Part shown: piece after piece, positions 1-12,000 of the stretch | How positions within the stretch are numbered: position 1 is the first letter of the stretch | Layout of the letters: each line of letters begins with the position of its first letter | Source of the DNA: Takakia lepidozioides | Taxonomy: Eukaryota; Plantae; Bryophyta | Length of the DNA stretch: 64,000 nucleotides | Reading direction: 5' to 3' | Assembly (NCBI GenBank): GCA_030704615.1 | Contig: CM060734.1 | Location: forward strand, 8,990,001 to 9,054,000 | Program-made: the position numbers and the translations under genes | The notes under the pieces: generated by a model | Told to the model about the DNA's origin: nothing | The model's input: the letters and a program-made list of their open reading frames with translations, nothing else | Database searches by the model: none

Positions 1-19
1 GGAAAAGTGCAGCTCCTAA

Positions 20-1767
20 GGACAGGGACCGTCAGAGGTTCCTGTCAGAGAGCCTTCTCCCGCAAGGAGGGATAGGAGAACATCAAAGTCGAGGGAGCAG
101 CCTTACGAGGCGAGAGAACATCCCTCCAGGGTTTTGGGCCAGTTCAATCGTAGGGTGCTGAATGAAAGTTTTCTTGCAATGATGGAGTCCAGGAAGTCCA
201 CATTCAAAGGGGTGCCCTCGAAATCATGGGACATGCTTGTTTCGTTCCTCACTCAGGTAAACACTTGTGTCTAAACTGTTGTATGAATAATTGTGTTTTG
301 GCATCTTGTTGTGGCTTTTCCAGGGGATTGATCTCCTGCTCGATTTGGATTGGGCTTCTTACACTGTCTCCTGTTTTTCCCTGTAGGTGACAAAAAAACC
401 GGAATGGGTGAATGGAGTTCAGCAGGCATACGCGACTGACCTTGTGGTGCTGGACATTCCTGACGGTTATCCTGTCCCTGATGTGTTCCCTTCCAATTCG
501 ACCCCGACTTGGAACAAATCGGATTCTCGTTATTGGCAGTGGGCTTTCTCGTTCAGCAACAAATTCCTTTCGGACTCGGGGGCTCTTCTTCTCATGCAGT
601 CAAAGGACATGTCGGCTCGAAGAACTCTTTTCAGCTACATGAAAGCCTCCGGGTTTCGTGTCATCAAAACTTGGACATGCATCAATACTCTGCCTCTTAC
701 GAAGGGCGAGTTCCCGGGGCAGAAAGTGAGTTGGTTCCTTTCAATTCATGTTTCGTTGTTTTTTCGGTAAATAAAAATGCTGGGTTATGCCTTCTGTCTC
801 ATGCTCTCTTCCTCATTGTTGACAGACACGGGTGTTCGAAGCTTTGTGCCTGGTGAGGCGGAAGGACACTCTTCCTCCTGGTGTTGCTGAGTTCCAGATG
901 AGGGACCTTGCAGCTCATATTGACCCCACCTGCGAGCCTATGGAGGATGATGTTCTCTTCAATTACGTGGACTCGGGTCGAACTATGAAAAGGTCGATTG
1001 GTGTCCCTTGGAGAGGTGCACGGGAGAAATCTCCAGCTTTCATGCAGACTTTGGTGGAGACATGCAGCCGTCATGGTGGACGAGTGGTCGACTTGTCTAT
1101 GGGCACAGGTGGGGCACTTTACATTGTGATTGACATATGGGCAGTAACCTTAGGGAAACCCTGTTTTCATTTCTCGTTCTTCTTGGATTTGCAGGAGCAT
1201 GTTTTCATGCTTGCAAGAGCGCCGGAAGGCACTTCTTCGGCATGGAAGCTGATACGGAGCTCTTCTCGAGCGAGCTTCGTCAGCTTGAGTCGGACACTAC
1301 TTCTACCCCATCCAAAGAGGGACTTCTGGAGGAGCCCGAAGCGCCTGACGAGGATCTGGACGTTGACTCCGATTTTGAGTGTGAGTAAGTTCTTCTGTAG
1401 TCGTTCAAAATATGTGGCATTTCCTTGTGTCGTTCCCGTTCGAAAAAATTGCGTAACATTGTCTATATCTGGATGTTAACATCTGCCACCATTTCTCTTG
1501 TTCCTTTCCAGAGTTCTGCACCAGTCATTGAATCAGCAGACACCTTTCGGATTCCAAGGATACTACATGTCCCCGAGTCCCCCTAGATCCAACCGCTTGC
1601 CGGTTTACGCGGAAGCTTGCGCACGGGTGTTATCCGAACAAACACTGTATTCGCATCTCCATAAAGGTCGTGGAAAAAAAAAACGTCATGTATGTGCTGC
1701 TGTATTCATAGATGATATTGCTATTAACTCTGGCAGTGGTTCCTCTGAAACCTCCAATATTTCTTGA
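20..1767 (+). CDS. Spliced beta-class N4-cytosine/N6-adenine DNA methyltransferase-like gene, copy 1 (5' end uncertain or outside window). Exons <=256, 387-725, 826-1108, 1195-~1388, probable further exon ~1512-1767
   Basis: GT-AG introns 257-386, 726-825 and 1109-1194 join exons in frame. Product has DLVVLDIPDG (motif IV-like, DPPY position), then EKSPAFMQTLVETCSRHGGRVVDLSMGTGACFHACKSAGRHFFGMEAD (motifs X-I-II, cf. xKPxxLxxxLIxxxSxxGDxVLDPFxGSGTTxxAxxxxGRxxIGxE). An in-frame TAA lies at 17-19. Confidence 0.8.
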
Positions 1768-2100
1768 CGGTTCAAGTACTGAGGCTGAATAAATTGTGTT
1801 TTGGCTTTGCTTCCATCCCATACTGTTTTTCAAGTTCTCTGCGCGTTCCCGTAAGTACAGTTAGGGATTGCCTACGGTATTTCTTCGGAGTGCGGAATTG
1901 AAAAATGTTTGTGTGTTGGAGTGAATGTACTGCTTTGCCAAAAAAACATTTTTTCTTTTCAGATTCAGTTCTGTAGTGGGCGATCTCCTCATTCCAAAGT
2001 CAGGATCTCCCACAAAATTCAACCGCAAACCTGCCATTGTTCTCGGCCACAAGGAATATTCATGTGGGGGCAGTAAAGAGGGATAGAAAATTAGGACATA

Positions 2101-2200
2101 GGGGGGGGGGGAAGCACGGACATAGGTAAAAGGGGGGGGGGGAGCACGGTAATAGGGGTGAGAGCACGGAACCGCGGTAATAGGGGGGGGGAGCACGGAA
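2101..2200. repeat. Subterminal G-run/AGCACGG repeats (4 copies)
   Basis: GAAGCACGG, GGAGCACGG, GAGAGCACGG and GGAGCACGG, each near a G tract. Confidence 0.7.
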
Positions 2201-2301
2201 TTAGGGCCTGAACACGTGGATGCTTGCTGATGTGGCGTGAGCCTAGCCAGGCTCACAGGCTCACAGGCTCACAGGCCAGGCTCACGCGCAAGCATTCCCC
2301 C

Positions 2302-5300
2302 TTCTTTAGTAAGGGTGCGGAGGAGGTTACGGATGAGGTTCAGGGGGATCGGGTACATGATGTATCATCCAGAATGGGTAAGTGTGAGCTACGTGGATGG
2401 GGTCGTCCGATGGCTCTGCTTGGGGTTTAGAGGCCCCAGCCTGGGCAAGGAGGTCTACCTCTTCGTTACCAATAATACCTGTGTGGGAACGGACTTTGAG
2501 GAGATGTATGGGTTTATCAATGGAGATAGCAAGGTTGATAATAGCGGTTATAAAGTTTCGGTCAGGGTGGTGGTGGTGTGAGGAGGGGCAAGCTAGATGA
2601 TTGCGGAGTATTAAGAGTGAGTTGAGACTGTCAGTGAAAATGTAGTATGGCGGTGGGAACGAGACCAATTGTGTTAAGGCTTCGAAAATAGCCATGAGTT
2701 CGGCTCAAAGTATGGTTGCGGGGCCTGGTAGGCGGTGGGCCGTCCCAGTGCTGGTGGCGGCATGGTACACGCCATATCCGGCAAGGGAGCCAGATTGGGA
2801 GCCATCTGTGTAGTGCGAGTGGAGTGGGGGATACTTAGGGGAGGTGGGCCTAGGTGAACTGGGGGGGCGTCGTAAGAGGTTATGCCACAAGGAGTGGGGG
2901 GACGGGGGAGTGACTTGTTCCATACTTTATTGGTTTTTGGTCTGGGGGGTGGTTTGTTGGTGGGAGCATATATCAGGGGGAGTGGGTAAGTGGTGAATTT
3001 TATGTTATGGGTGTCGGATAAGAGGAGTTTAAGACGAGAGGGGAAGTCTGGGGGTATGATGAGATGTGGGTTATTATGAACTAGCAAAAGAAGAGTTAGA
3101 TATTTATTTAGATATTTTCCTTGCGCCTTAGATATTTAGGGAAGGGGACATTGCGCGTGTAGGTTGGGTTCAATGGCGGCTAGTGGTATTACTCCGGATG
3201 GGAGCTGTAGCAGGGGTGTTGTTGTTCCCGTGACTTTTGTTGAGTAAGAATGAGAATGGTGGTGGAGGGGGTGGTGGCACTTGCGGCAAATCGTGCCCAT
3301 TGAAGGGCTTCATGTGTGATAGGCCCAGGTGGCGGGTGGGCAAGGCCGCAGCCCAACCAGGTGTGTTGCGTAGCAGTGCCATGGGCGCCAAATACGGAGT
3401 CTCTGGGGTGCGAGCTGTCATAGGAAGAAAGTTCAAGGGGACATGTGAGGGGGCTTGAGTAGTATGAGTGGGTGAGCTGAAAGGAGGTGATGAGAAACTT
3501 GAGGATGTCGGGGGGGGGGGGGGGTGGGGATGGTGCTATGGCAATATGCTTCAGCAAGTTTGTGTGGAAGGGGGGGTTTCTTTTTGGGAATGCTTTCTAC
3601 CAGCCAGCCGACTTCAGTGGCGAAGTCTTGCCTTGGGGGTTGGAGGTGGCTATCCTGACATGAGGGATAGACCCTGCGAAGTGACCATTATGCATATAGA
3701 TATTGGATATAGTGCGACTAGGGCATATAATGGGAGAGGTTTGGCTAATATCTTTGTCGGGGTTGCATTCGGAGGTTGTAATATGAACTTTGGGGGCGTC
3801 TAGCTGGGTGCTAATGTATCGGGAGTCCAACGATTGGGGTTGAGAGATATGTTGTTTGTGGGTGTGTGCGAGGTATTTGGTGTTGGTTGACTTATGAAAT
3901 GTGGTGAGAAGCATGCGATTGTGGGCGGGGTCGCAGTCTTCATGGTTTCCAAAAAGGTCGTCTTCGATTTGCCAGGTGTTGTCTTCAATGGGGTAGTCAA
4001 CCCATTTATATAGGTAGTATGTATCGACACATGGAGCACCAAACGCATCTAGAGAGGTCTGGGTTTTGATACCTTGGATGGCCTCAATAATGAATGCCTC
4101 GGGATGGTCAGGGGATGTGAGTTTAGGGGAGGGCGGAGTGGCGATAGGGATCGAGGAGCAGGGGGGGGGGGGTAGGTGGAGTAGGGGGACAGGGGACGAT
4201 GTTTGGGGAGGGAAGATCATGGGAGGCGCGAGAGGCTCTGAGCTTCTGGAGTATAGAAGTAGCTGGGGATGTCCTAAATTCGGGGAGGAGATCTTGCCTG
4301 TTGTGGGGAAAGAGCGGGCACGGGAGAACACATTCGAGGGTACAAGTCGTCGTCGGGTGACAGAGAGCAGAGGTGTATCAGATATCGTTGTGTTTTAATG
4401 GTGGCTCGGGAATGCTTTAAGGTAAATTGACTAGGGGTTAAGAGACGGGTACCAGTGGCTGTGGTGAGTTGGGTGAGTTTAGATATGTGGTGGGTCTTGA
4501 AGTAGGCAAAAATGAGTTTCTTTAGAGGGGGGTGGGAAGTTTCAAATTGTGAAAGGAATGGGCTTTGGAGGCACGCGCGTTCTAGTGGTGATATAGTGTT
4601 AGGGAACCTTGTTAAATCAGTTTGTATGCTGATCTTAAATTGGCGCAGAATGAACAGTGTGCGGACAGTTGGGGAGTGGAGGCATGACTGAGGATAAAGG
4701 TGGGAAGGGAGTGTAGCCCATTGTATTTAATGGCCATATGTTGAAGGAGCCCTCGGAATATGCATCCTAGGCGACCAAGGTCATTTAGGGCTTCTTGAAT
4801 TTGCGATCCTAGGGTACGTGCGTAGGAGATAATTAATGGGTTGGATCCTATGCCATAGCTCTCTTGTGGGAGTTGGGTGAGTGCGTTCGGAGTACTAGTG
4901 GGTAGGCCATGGATGCGTTTAGTGAGTTGGATGATATTTTTGTCAAGTAGTCTAATATCCGGCAAGGAGAAGGGAGCCGCATGGAAAGCATATTGTAATT
5001 GAGGTTTGAGGACTTTTTGGATGATGGCTAGTTTAGGGCGGATGGAGATGGGAGATTTAAGAACCTTGGGCTAGGCTTTTGTTTGTAAGTTTAGCAAGGG
5101 TGGATGCTTTCTGTATGTGCCATGTGAAGGAAGGAACTAGCTGAATCCCCAGATAGGTGTACGGTTCATCTGGGCCAGAAATGGGAAGGGTTTTTGTTGG
5201 TAGTGTATGTGAAGTTTGCAGTGGGAGACTATCGTGGATTTCATAAATTTGCTATGATGTGTAGCCGCGGTGCACATTTGTGGAGGCTTAATTCCATTCC

Positions 5301-5640
5301 GGACCATGGTTTGAAGCAAGATAGTTTATCGACTTGGCGGTTGAGATGTTGAGGCTTGTGTGCTATGATAGCGAGGTCGTCCGCATATGCTGCCACAGAT
5401 ATTTCATTAGTAGATGTTTTGTATTGGTATCCCAGGTTATACCCCTAGCCAGCCATCTTAGAAGAGGTTCTAAGAAAATGATGAATAGGTAGGGGCTTAG
5501 TGTGTCTCCTTGGATAGTGCCACGTAGTATAGGGTGGGGAGTGGAACCGTAGTAGGATCCGGAGTATTTTGTGGTGCTGTTGGTGTATATATTGCCGATG
5601 ATTTGGATGGCATCGATAGGGTAGCCTAGATCTGTCATTA
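2302..5640 (-). mobile_element. RTEX-like LINE ORF2 3' half (degenerate): RT - chromodomain - PCIF1/Dam-like domain - RNase H
   Basis: RT motifs RGTIQGDTLSPYLFIIFLEPLLRWL and YADDL; chromodomain ~3954-4094; RNase H YTDGS...RAELMAIFEAL...IFTDSLNS...KVRSHTGIIGNEEVDLLA (2327-2820). Multiple frameshifts. Confidence 0.9.
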
Positions 5641-5689
5641 TATTTTTTGAGAGACAGTGTGTTCTCAAAAAAATACACCCTTAGTTCAG

Positions 5690-6240
5690 CTTAGAGATCT
5701 TTAAGCCAGAATACAAAAAAAGCAGAGATGTTTGGATCCCTTAAAAGCCAGTACAGGCCTGGAAGTGATGTTCTAGTGCCATACCAAGAACATAGATTAT
5801 GAAATCTGAGTAACAGAAAGCAAATGTAGGTCTGGAGATATGTTTTTCCAAGTTCTTATCAAAGTTCTGCCAGCAAACATACTCCAAATCTCTGATCATA
5901 CAATATGCCTAGAAGCTTGCAAAGGTGTTTAGAGACTCTGTATGTTCTCTTAAAGCCAATGAGTAGTTCTGCTTAGAAGTATTTAAGCCAAAACATCAAA
6001 GCCAGAGTAGTTTGGACTTCTAAATACCAGTGTAGGCCTGGAGGGGATGTTCTAGTGCCAACTCAGAACCATAAACTATGCAAACTATGCAAACTAAGCT
6101 TTTCATAAGTAGATAAAGACCTGGAGATAAAGTTCCAGGGCCTTATCACAGAACTACCAATTCAGAAACAGGCACAAAAGAACATTGCTTGTAACCAGAT
6201 CAAAAACCCAGTAATTTGTAGGAGCCTTAAAGAATGTATG
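5690..6240. repeat. Diverged tandem duplication (~280-bp unit)
   Basis: CCAGTACAGGCCTGGAAGTGATGTTCTAGTGCCA (~5748) recurs as CCAGTGTAGGCCTGGAGGGGATGTTCTAGTGCCA (~6027), with similar flanks. Confidence 0.65.
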
Positions 6241-6599
6241 TATTCTAACAAGGCTTTCCTTATGCAAAGCTTAGAAATTTCTAAACCAACTAGTTTGATT
6301 CACCATCCTGATGAGAATTGGGCCTGGGGGTAACCCATCAGTGCATTGCCAAGATGTAGCCAAAATCATTCCTGGTACCTCATACCCTTGTGAAAACCAG
6401 AGCTCCCTGTAGAATGTTTATATTCTATGGAACTCAACACATGCCCTAATTCCTTAGAAGACAGATTTGTCAAAAATCAGCACTAAAGGAAGGGAGTAGA
6501 AGGCAGATCCTCATTGAAGCAGACAAGAAGCAGCCTTGAGAGTAGCAACTGGCATCAGCAACAGCATGCAACAACATGAGCCCCCTCTGCAACATCAAG

Positions 6600-9500
6600 A
6601 TTTGCAAGCTTAAGAATTCAAATCAAGTGAAGTTCCTCACCTAGTCCCATCACAAGCCCCCACAAAAACCAACGGGTTAGTGAGGATTGTGGAACTCCAG
6701 GTGAATCACAGACCCTCACACTTGTTATCACTGTCAAAAGTGATTTCTAGAGCATGCAAGAGATCCAAATTCAGGCGGGATTACATCACAAAAACACCTT
6801 AAGTGCTTGCGGAATCGATTTCTGCGACATGGCGTCCAACAACTTGTTTTCAACAGAGCACCACAAAAGGAGGAGCTCAATACAATCTGCATCTTAAGAA
6901 GGGGAGAGTACTTCCCAAACCAGGAATTATGGTGCCGCGGCAATCTTAAAAGAACAAAGAGAGATTTCGCAAAACATTCACAGCTAAGAAGGTAGGGGGG
7001 GGAGTGACTGAGCAGCTGTTGCTGCTCCCCCCCCACCTTTTTTTCTTCTTTGTTGCCGTAGGGAGTTGAAGAGCCGCCATGTCCCGCATCCCAAGACACA
7101 GCTAACACGGATATCATGCAGCAGCAGAGTAGCAGGATTACACGGCCGCCATAACGCATCTTCAGAGCTCTCAGAAGCAAGTACTGTGTGGGTAGATACG
7201 ATTAAGGAAAACTCCCGATTTTTCATCCGGGCCGGATGCGTTATCGTAAATCATCATAGATGGCATCCACCATTGGATGTCATCTGATGAAAAATAGATC
7301 AATAGTTAGGGTTTGGGTTAGATGTAAGGGTTAAGACGATAAGGTATCATCATCAAAAAATGTTAATGATGGTGTGAAACCCCAAATTTTTTTCTTTTGG
7401 ATTAAACAAGATATCATCTGTTAGTAGTCCATCCGGTATGGATGGAAAAAAATAGAAAAAAAATGATATATCCTACTTCAGCTCCATAGAGGCTATGGTA
7501 GTAAAAAATCCAAGAAGACAATTGGAGAGAGGGACAGAGGGAGAGAGAGGGAGAGATGAGGGAAAAAAATAAAAAAAAGAAGGTGGGGGGGGGGGGGGGT
7601 GACTGAGCAGCAGCCCCTCTCTCTCCCTCTCTCCCTATCTCTCCACATCCTGATGGGACAGATGGTAATTGGACTTGTCTTGTCAAGACAATGACAGTTC
7701 AGTCAAAGAAAATGGACTGGAAACTGTAAATGACAAATTAGCCCCATAATGGGGCACTATCATTAAAGGACCGGGACCATTTTCAATCAGGAAATAAATA
7801 GGGTGGGAGGGTGGGGTAGTGTTGTTTCATGAAGGGCAACATTGTAGGACCCCCAGTAGACTGGGTGGAACAATACTGTTTCAAGAAAGGCAGTATTATA
7901 AGACCCCTAGTAGACCAATTACAACTAAATTCATGCTACATATATATTCTCATCCTTTGAAATGAGTTGGACCAGCATGCAATTAGTCAATTTTATGGTT
8001 AAACCTTCCTGGACCAGTATGCAGATTGCAACATTTGAATCCAGATCCTTGGTTTTTCTTAAAACAAGCTATGTATGTCCCTGGTTTTTATGTTTGTATA
8101 CAAAGCAAACAAACTTCCCTGGAATACCAGCAGTAATTGATCTTTGTCCATCTATCAGTCAGATTCCATTCACAACCTAACTCCAAAGCTCCACATTCAT
8201 TCATAGCCCTCCATTTATTACAAGGCACGAAGGGAGATTGTTATAATCTTCAGACACAGTGCTATTTGTCTGGCTATATTTCATACCAGAATCACCGCAA
8301 GATTATACACTATGGAGCCCTTTAGGTTATGAAACCAAAATAAATCTTTGCTGGAGACTTTCTGGTAAGAAGTGCTGCTGCTCAGTCCCTCCCCCCCCAG
8401 TTGCAAATAAAAAAAGAAGGTTGGGGGGGGGGGGGGAGCAGCAGCTGGGAGCTGCACAAAAGAGAGGGAAAATACACATGTCTTGTCGAGATATAGACAA
8501 GACCGCTAGGGTCATTTTCAATTAAAGACAAATCAGCCTCATTACAAGGCACTATCTATCTTCACCTTCCATCAGCAGCCCCACATATGATTGATATACA
8601 AGGCATCCTTAGTACATAGCAACCTCATTATATAGTAGCCTCTTTACAGGGTACCATCATACATTTACCTTCCATAAACAACTTCACCCATGATTAAAAC
8701 CTGAAGATTTCAAAGTACTTGAAATCTTAGGGTGGGGGGGGGTGGGATTTCTTAAGATATCGTCCCTGATTCATGTCGTTTACAGACTTGAGCTTTGGAT
8801 AGGTCTGCAGGTATTTTGCAATGCTCCACTTACACATATAAGTTTATGTCAAGTGATAGCAAGACAGGACAATCTGATTACAAAACAGCCTTACTGTGAA
8901 CCAGCCAGTGGATTCATGCAGACGTCAAAGGCCAGTGATAGTTCATGTTGGCATCAGACTGTGCAGGGCTCATGTCAAAAATTGAATTTCAAACATGTCT
9001 GTATAAATCTGACTATGTTACTCTACACATACAATATTCGTGCAAATTATAGTGCCAGCAAATATACATACAGACAGACCAAATTGGCAATTCTGGAGCT
9101 GGTATTTCAACATCAGACCAGAAGTAATTCACAGCCAGAGCACCATAGGGAGTACGAGGTATTGCCCAAGTACTGCCAAAAACTGCCAGGTACTTACTAA
9201 GTTAAAACAAATACTGCCAGGTATTTACCAAGTAAAAACAACAGGTGCAGACCTGTTTTCAACCTCAATGAGTAGTACTAGGTCAAGAAATGTAACTCCA
9301 GTTTTTTATTAGAATGCCGCCATAGATCAGACTGATGTCATTCCAAAGAATTCACTCCCCAGGTAGTATGTATTTTGAAGGAGACAGACAAGACAACTGC
9401 TTGGTAGTTCCAAGTAAAAACAGTATGCAAATGTCTTGTTTAACAACACTGGGTATTTCCAAAGGTACAACTTAGTACTTTCAGTTTGAAACAGCACCAA

Positions 9501-12000
9501 CAGACCTATGTTAGACTCATTGAATAGTTCCAAAGACTCTGCATGGTAGATTTACAGCAGCCAGTATATAATCTGAGACTCCCAACATGACAAATTGCTT
9601 GGTAGCAGTGTAAAACGGGGCTGTTTCAGATTCAGAACCCTAAATACATAGGTATGTCCAGCAAGTATTGCCTGGTGCTTACCAAACTAAAACATAATGT
9701 GCAGGCCTGTGTTAAATCTCACTGGCAAGTTCCAGGGCAAGAGGTAATACTCAAGTATCTTATCAGAATGCAGCCATTGTTTAAACTGGTGTCATGCCAG
9801 AGAAGGCACTGACTTTTAAACCAGTTAGTATCCCCAGCATCTTAGCCAGCTCTAAGCAGGCTCACCGCATGATTCAACAACTTGGAGCAGCGGCCGCATT
9901 ATCTGAAGACTCCAGATCACCTGTAGGCTTCAAAAGGCATGTAAGGTGAAGACCCTCACATGTTGCCCGTCCCAAAAACCACCACATCAAGATGTGTGTT
10001 AGTGAGGATGCACGAGGTGAGTAGCAGGTCTTCACAATTGCTATCCATGTCCAACATACAATCTAAAGCAAGCAGATGATCAAGTATAAATCAGAGATGC
10101 AATCATCACAAAAGAACCTCAAATTCTTGTGAAGTAGGACGCTCAGCTCCATGTCGTCACGCCGCTGTTTCATCACTGAATGCATTCACAGACAATCGCA
10201 GCTTGAGATCGATTGCTGGCGCGGGAAGTTCAAAGGATCAGCCACAGCTTGCATCGAGCGCTTAGCCGCCGTTGCACTCTCCCAGAGAAGAACAAGAGGC
10301 ATCGTGCTGTGTTTAGGGCAGAGAGGCACATAGGAAAACATTCCAGCGATTTCATCCACTAGGGATGAAAATTCGCACATTATGGTTAGAGTTTTTTTGG
10401 GGGTTACATCCTTTGGGATTACATCTAGGATGGATGTAATCTGCCAGGGATGAAAAACCGCATGATAACACATAGGGATAGCTCCCAAGACCAACAAAAT
10501 AGAAATCATCCATAAAGGATTCAATCCTTTCCATATTTCATCCGGTATGGATGAAATCAGAATTAGGGATTATCTCTTGCAACAAGCAACCAAACCCTAT
10601 TAGGTAGTGGTTGAAAAAAATCCTCAAGGGATAATCAAAGAGGGAGAAAGAGGGAGAGAGGGGTCCTGAGAAAATGAAAACGAAGGTGGGATAGGGGGAG
10701 TGACTGAGCAGCTGCTTCCTTCTTTTTCATTTTTTCAGGACCTCTCTCTCCCTCTCTGGTTTCTTTTCTTGTGAGCAGTACAAAAGAAAAGGGAGAGAGA
10801 GCGAGAGAGGGGGAGAGACAGGGAGCGGGACAGAGCTGGAGAGAGGGAGGGAGAGGGAGAGAGGGGGCTAGAAAAAATAAAGAAAAAGGTGTGGGGGATT
10901 CAGCTGCTGCTGCTCAGTCACTCCCCGCACCTTCTTTTTCATTTTTTCACGACCCCTCTCTGCCTCTCTGGTTTTTTTTCTTGTGAGCAGCGCAAAAGAA
11001 AGGGAGAGAGAGGGACAGAGGGGGACAGAGAGGGAGAGGGACAGAGTTGAAGAGAGGGAGGGAGATGGAGAGTGGGGGCTAGGAAAAAAAAAAAAGAAAA
11101 AAGAAAAAAAAAGGAGTGACTAAGCAATTATTGTTGCTCAGACACTCCCACCTTCTTTTTCATTTTTTCACGACCCCTCTCTGCCTCTCTGGGTTTTTGT
11201 TCTTGTGAGCAGCACAAAAGAAAGGGAGAGAGAGGCAGGGGGACAGAGTTGGAGAGAGGGAGGGAGAGGGAGAGAGCAGGCTAGCAAAAAAAAAAGGGGG
11301 GTGGGGGGGGGGGATTGACTGAGCAGCTGCTGCTGCTCAGTCACCCCCCCCCCCCCCCCTTCTTTTTCTATATTTTCCCCCTCCCCTTTCCCTCTCTGGG
11401 TTTTTTTTTTCTGTGAGCAGCACAACAGAGAGAGAGAGAGAAGTGAGAGAGAGAGAGGGACAAAGGGAGAGAGGAGGGAGAAAAAATAATTAAAGAAGAA
11501 GGTGGGGGGAGTGAGGGAAAGAGAAGGAGAGAGGGGGCAAAAGAGATTAAAAATAAGTTGGGGGGGGGGGGGACTGAGCAGCAGCAGGCTGTTCTCAGCC
11601 CCCTACCTTTTCTTTTTCTTTTTGGAATGGTGGGGAAGGGCTGAGAGCTGCTGCTCCCCCTTGCTGGTCTCATCCGCCCCCCCAATCTTTACTTTTTGGA
11701 AAGTGGGGGGGGGGGGGGGGGGGGGGGTGAAAGCAGCAGCAGCAAGTACGCTCTCAGCCCCCCCCCCCCCCCATTTCTTTTTTCTTTTTGGAATGGTGGG
11801 AGGGAAGGTGAGCACAACAGCACTTGCTGCTGCTCTCAGCCCCCTCCCCTCCTTTTCTTTTTTGTTTATCAGCAAAGAGAGAAAGGGGGAGAAAGAGAAG
11901 GAGAAAAAGATAGAGGGAGAGGGAGAGAGTGGAAGGGGGAGAGTCGTTTCTTATTTGTTTTTGGCGTGTGAAATGACACGGTAGTAGTGTTGTGGACGCA
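6600..12000. repeat. Non-coding repeat region with two related blocks (6640-7640 and 9950-10750) and dispersed palindromes GACTGAGCAGC-N4-GCTGCTCAGTC flanked by G/C tracts; probably a non-autonomous transposon
   Basis: Full or half palindromes at ~7005, 7600, 8370, 10700, 10900, 11115, 11315, 11570, 11640, 11735 and 11810; CCGGTATGGATG shared at ~7433 and ~10541. Confidence 0.6.
10690..11620. repeat. Minisatellite, ~210-bp unit x4-5 (palindrome + pyrimidine tract + GA-rich tract)
   Basis: Recurring GTGAGCAGYRCAAMAG at ~10771, 10983, 11205 and 11413. Confidence 0.8.

Larger units (their letters stand above)
1..2301. mobile_element. Right-hand part and terminus of a Mutator-like DNA transposon carrying the methyltransferase-like gene
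   Basis: Terminus read inward is GGGGGAATGCTTGCGCGTGAGCC followed by GTGAGCC repeats. It matches termini at 13288, ~30737 and 57238 and abuts LINE sequence abruptly at 2301. Confidence 0.65.

Noticed and set aside
387-1388. Bacterial contamination or a restriction-modification operon explaining the MTase
   Set aside because: The gene has GT-AG introns conserved between two copies, is embedded among plant transposons, and has no recognisable restriction endonuclease partner.
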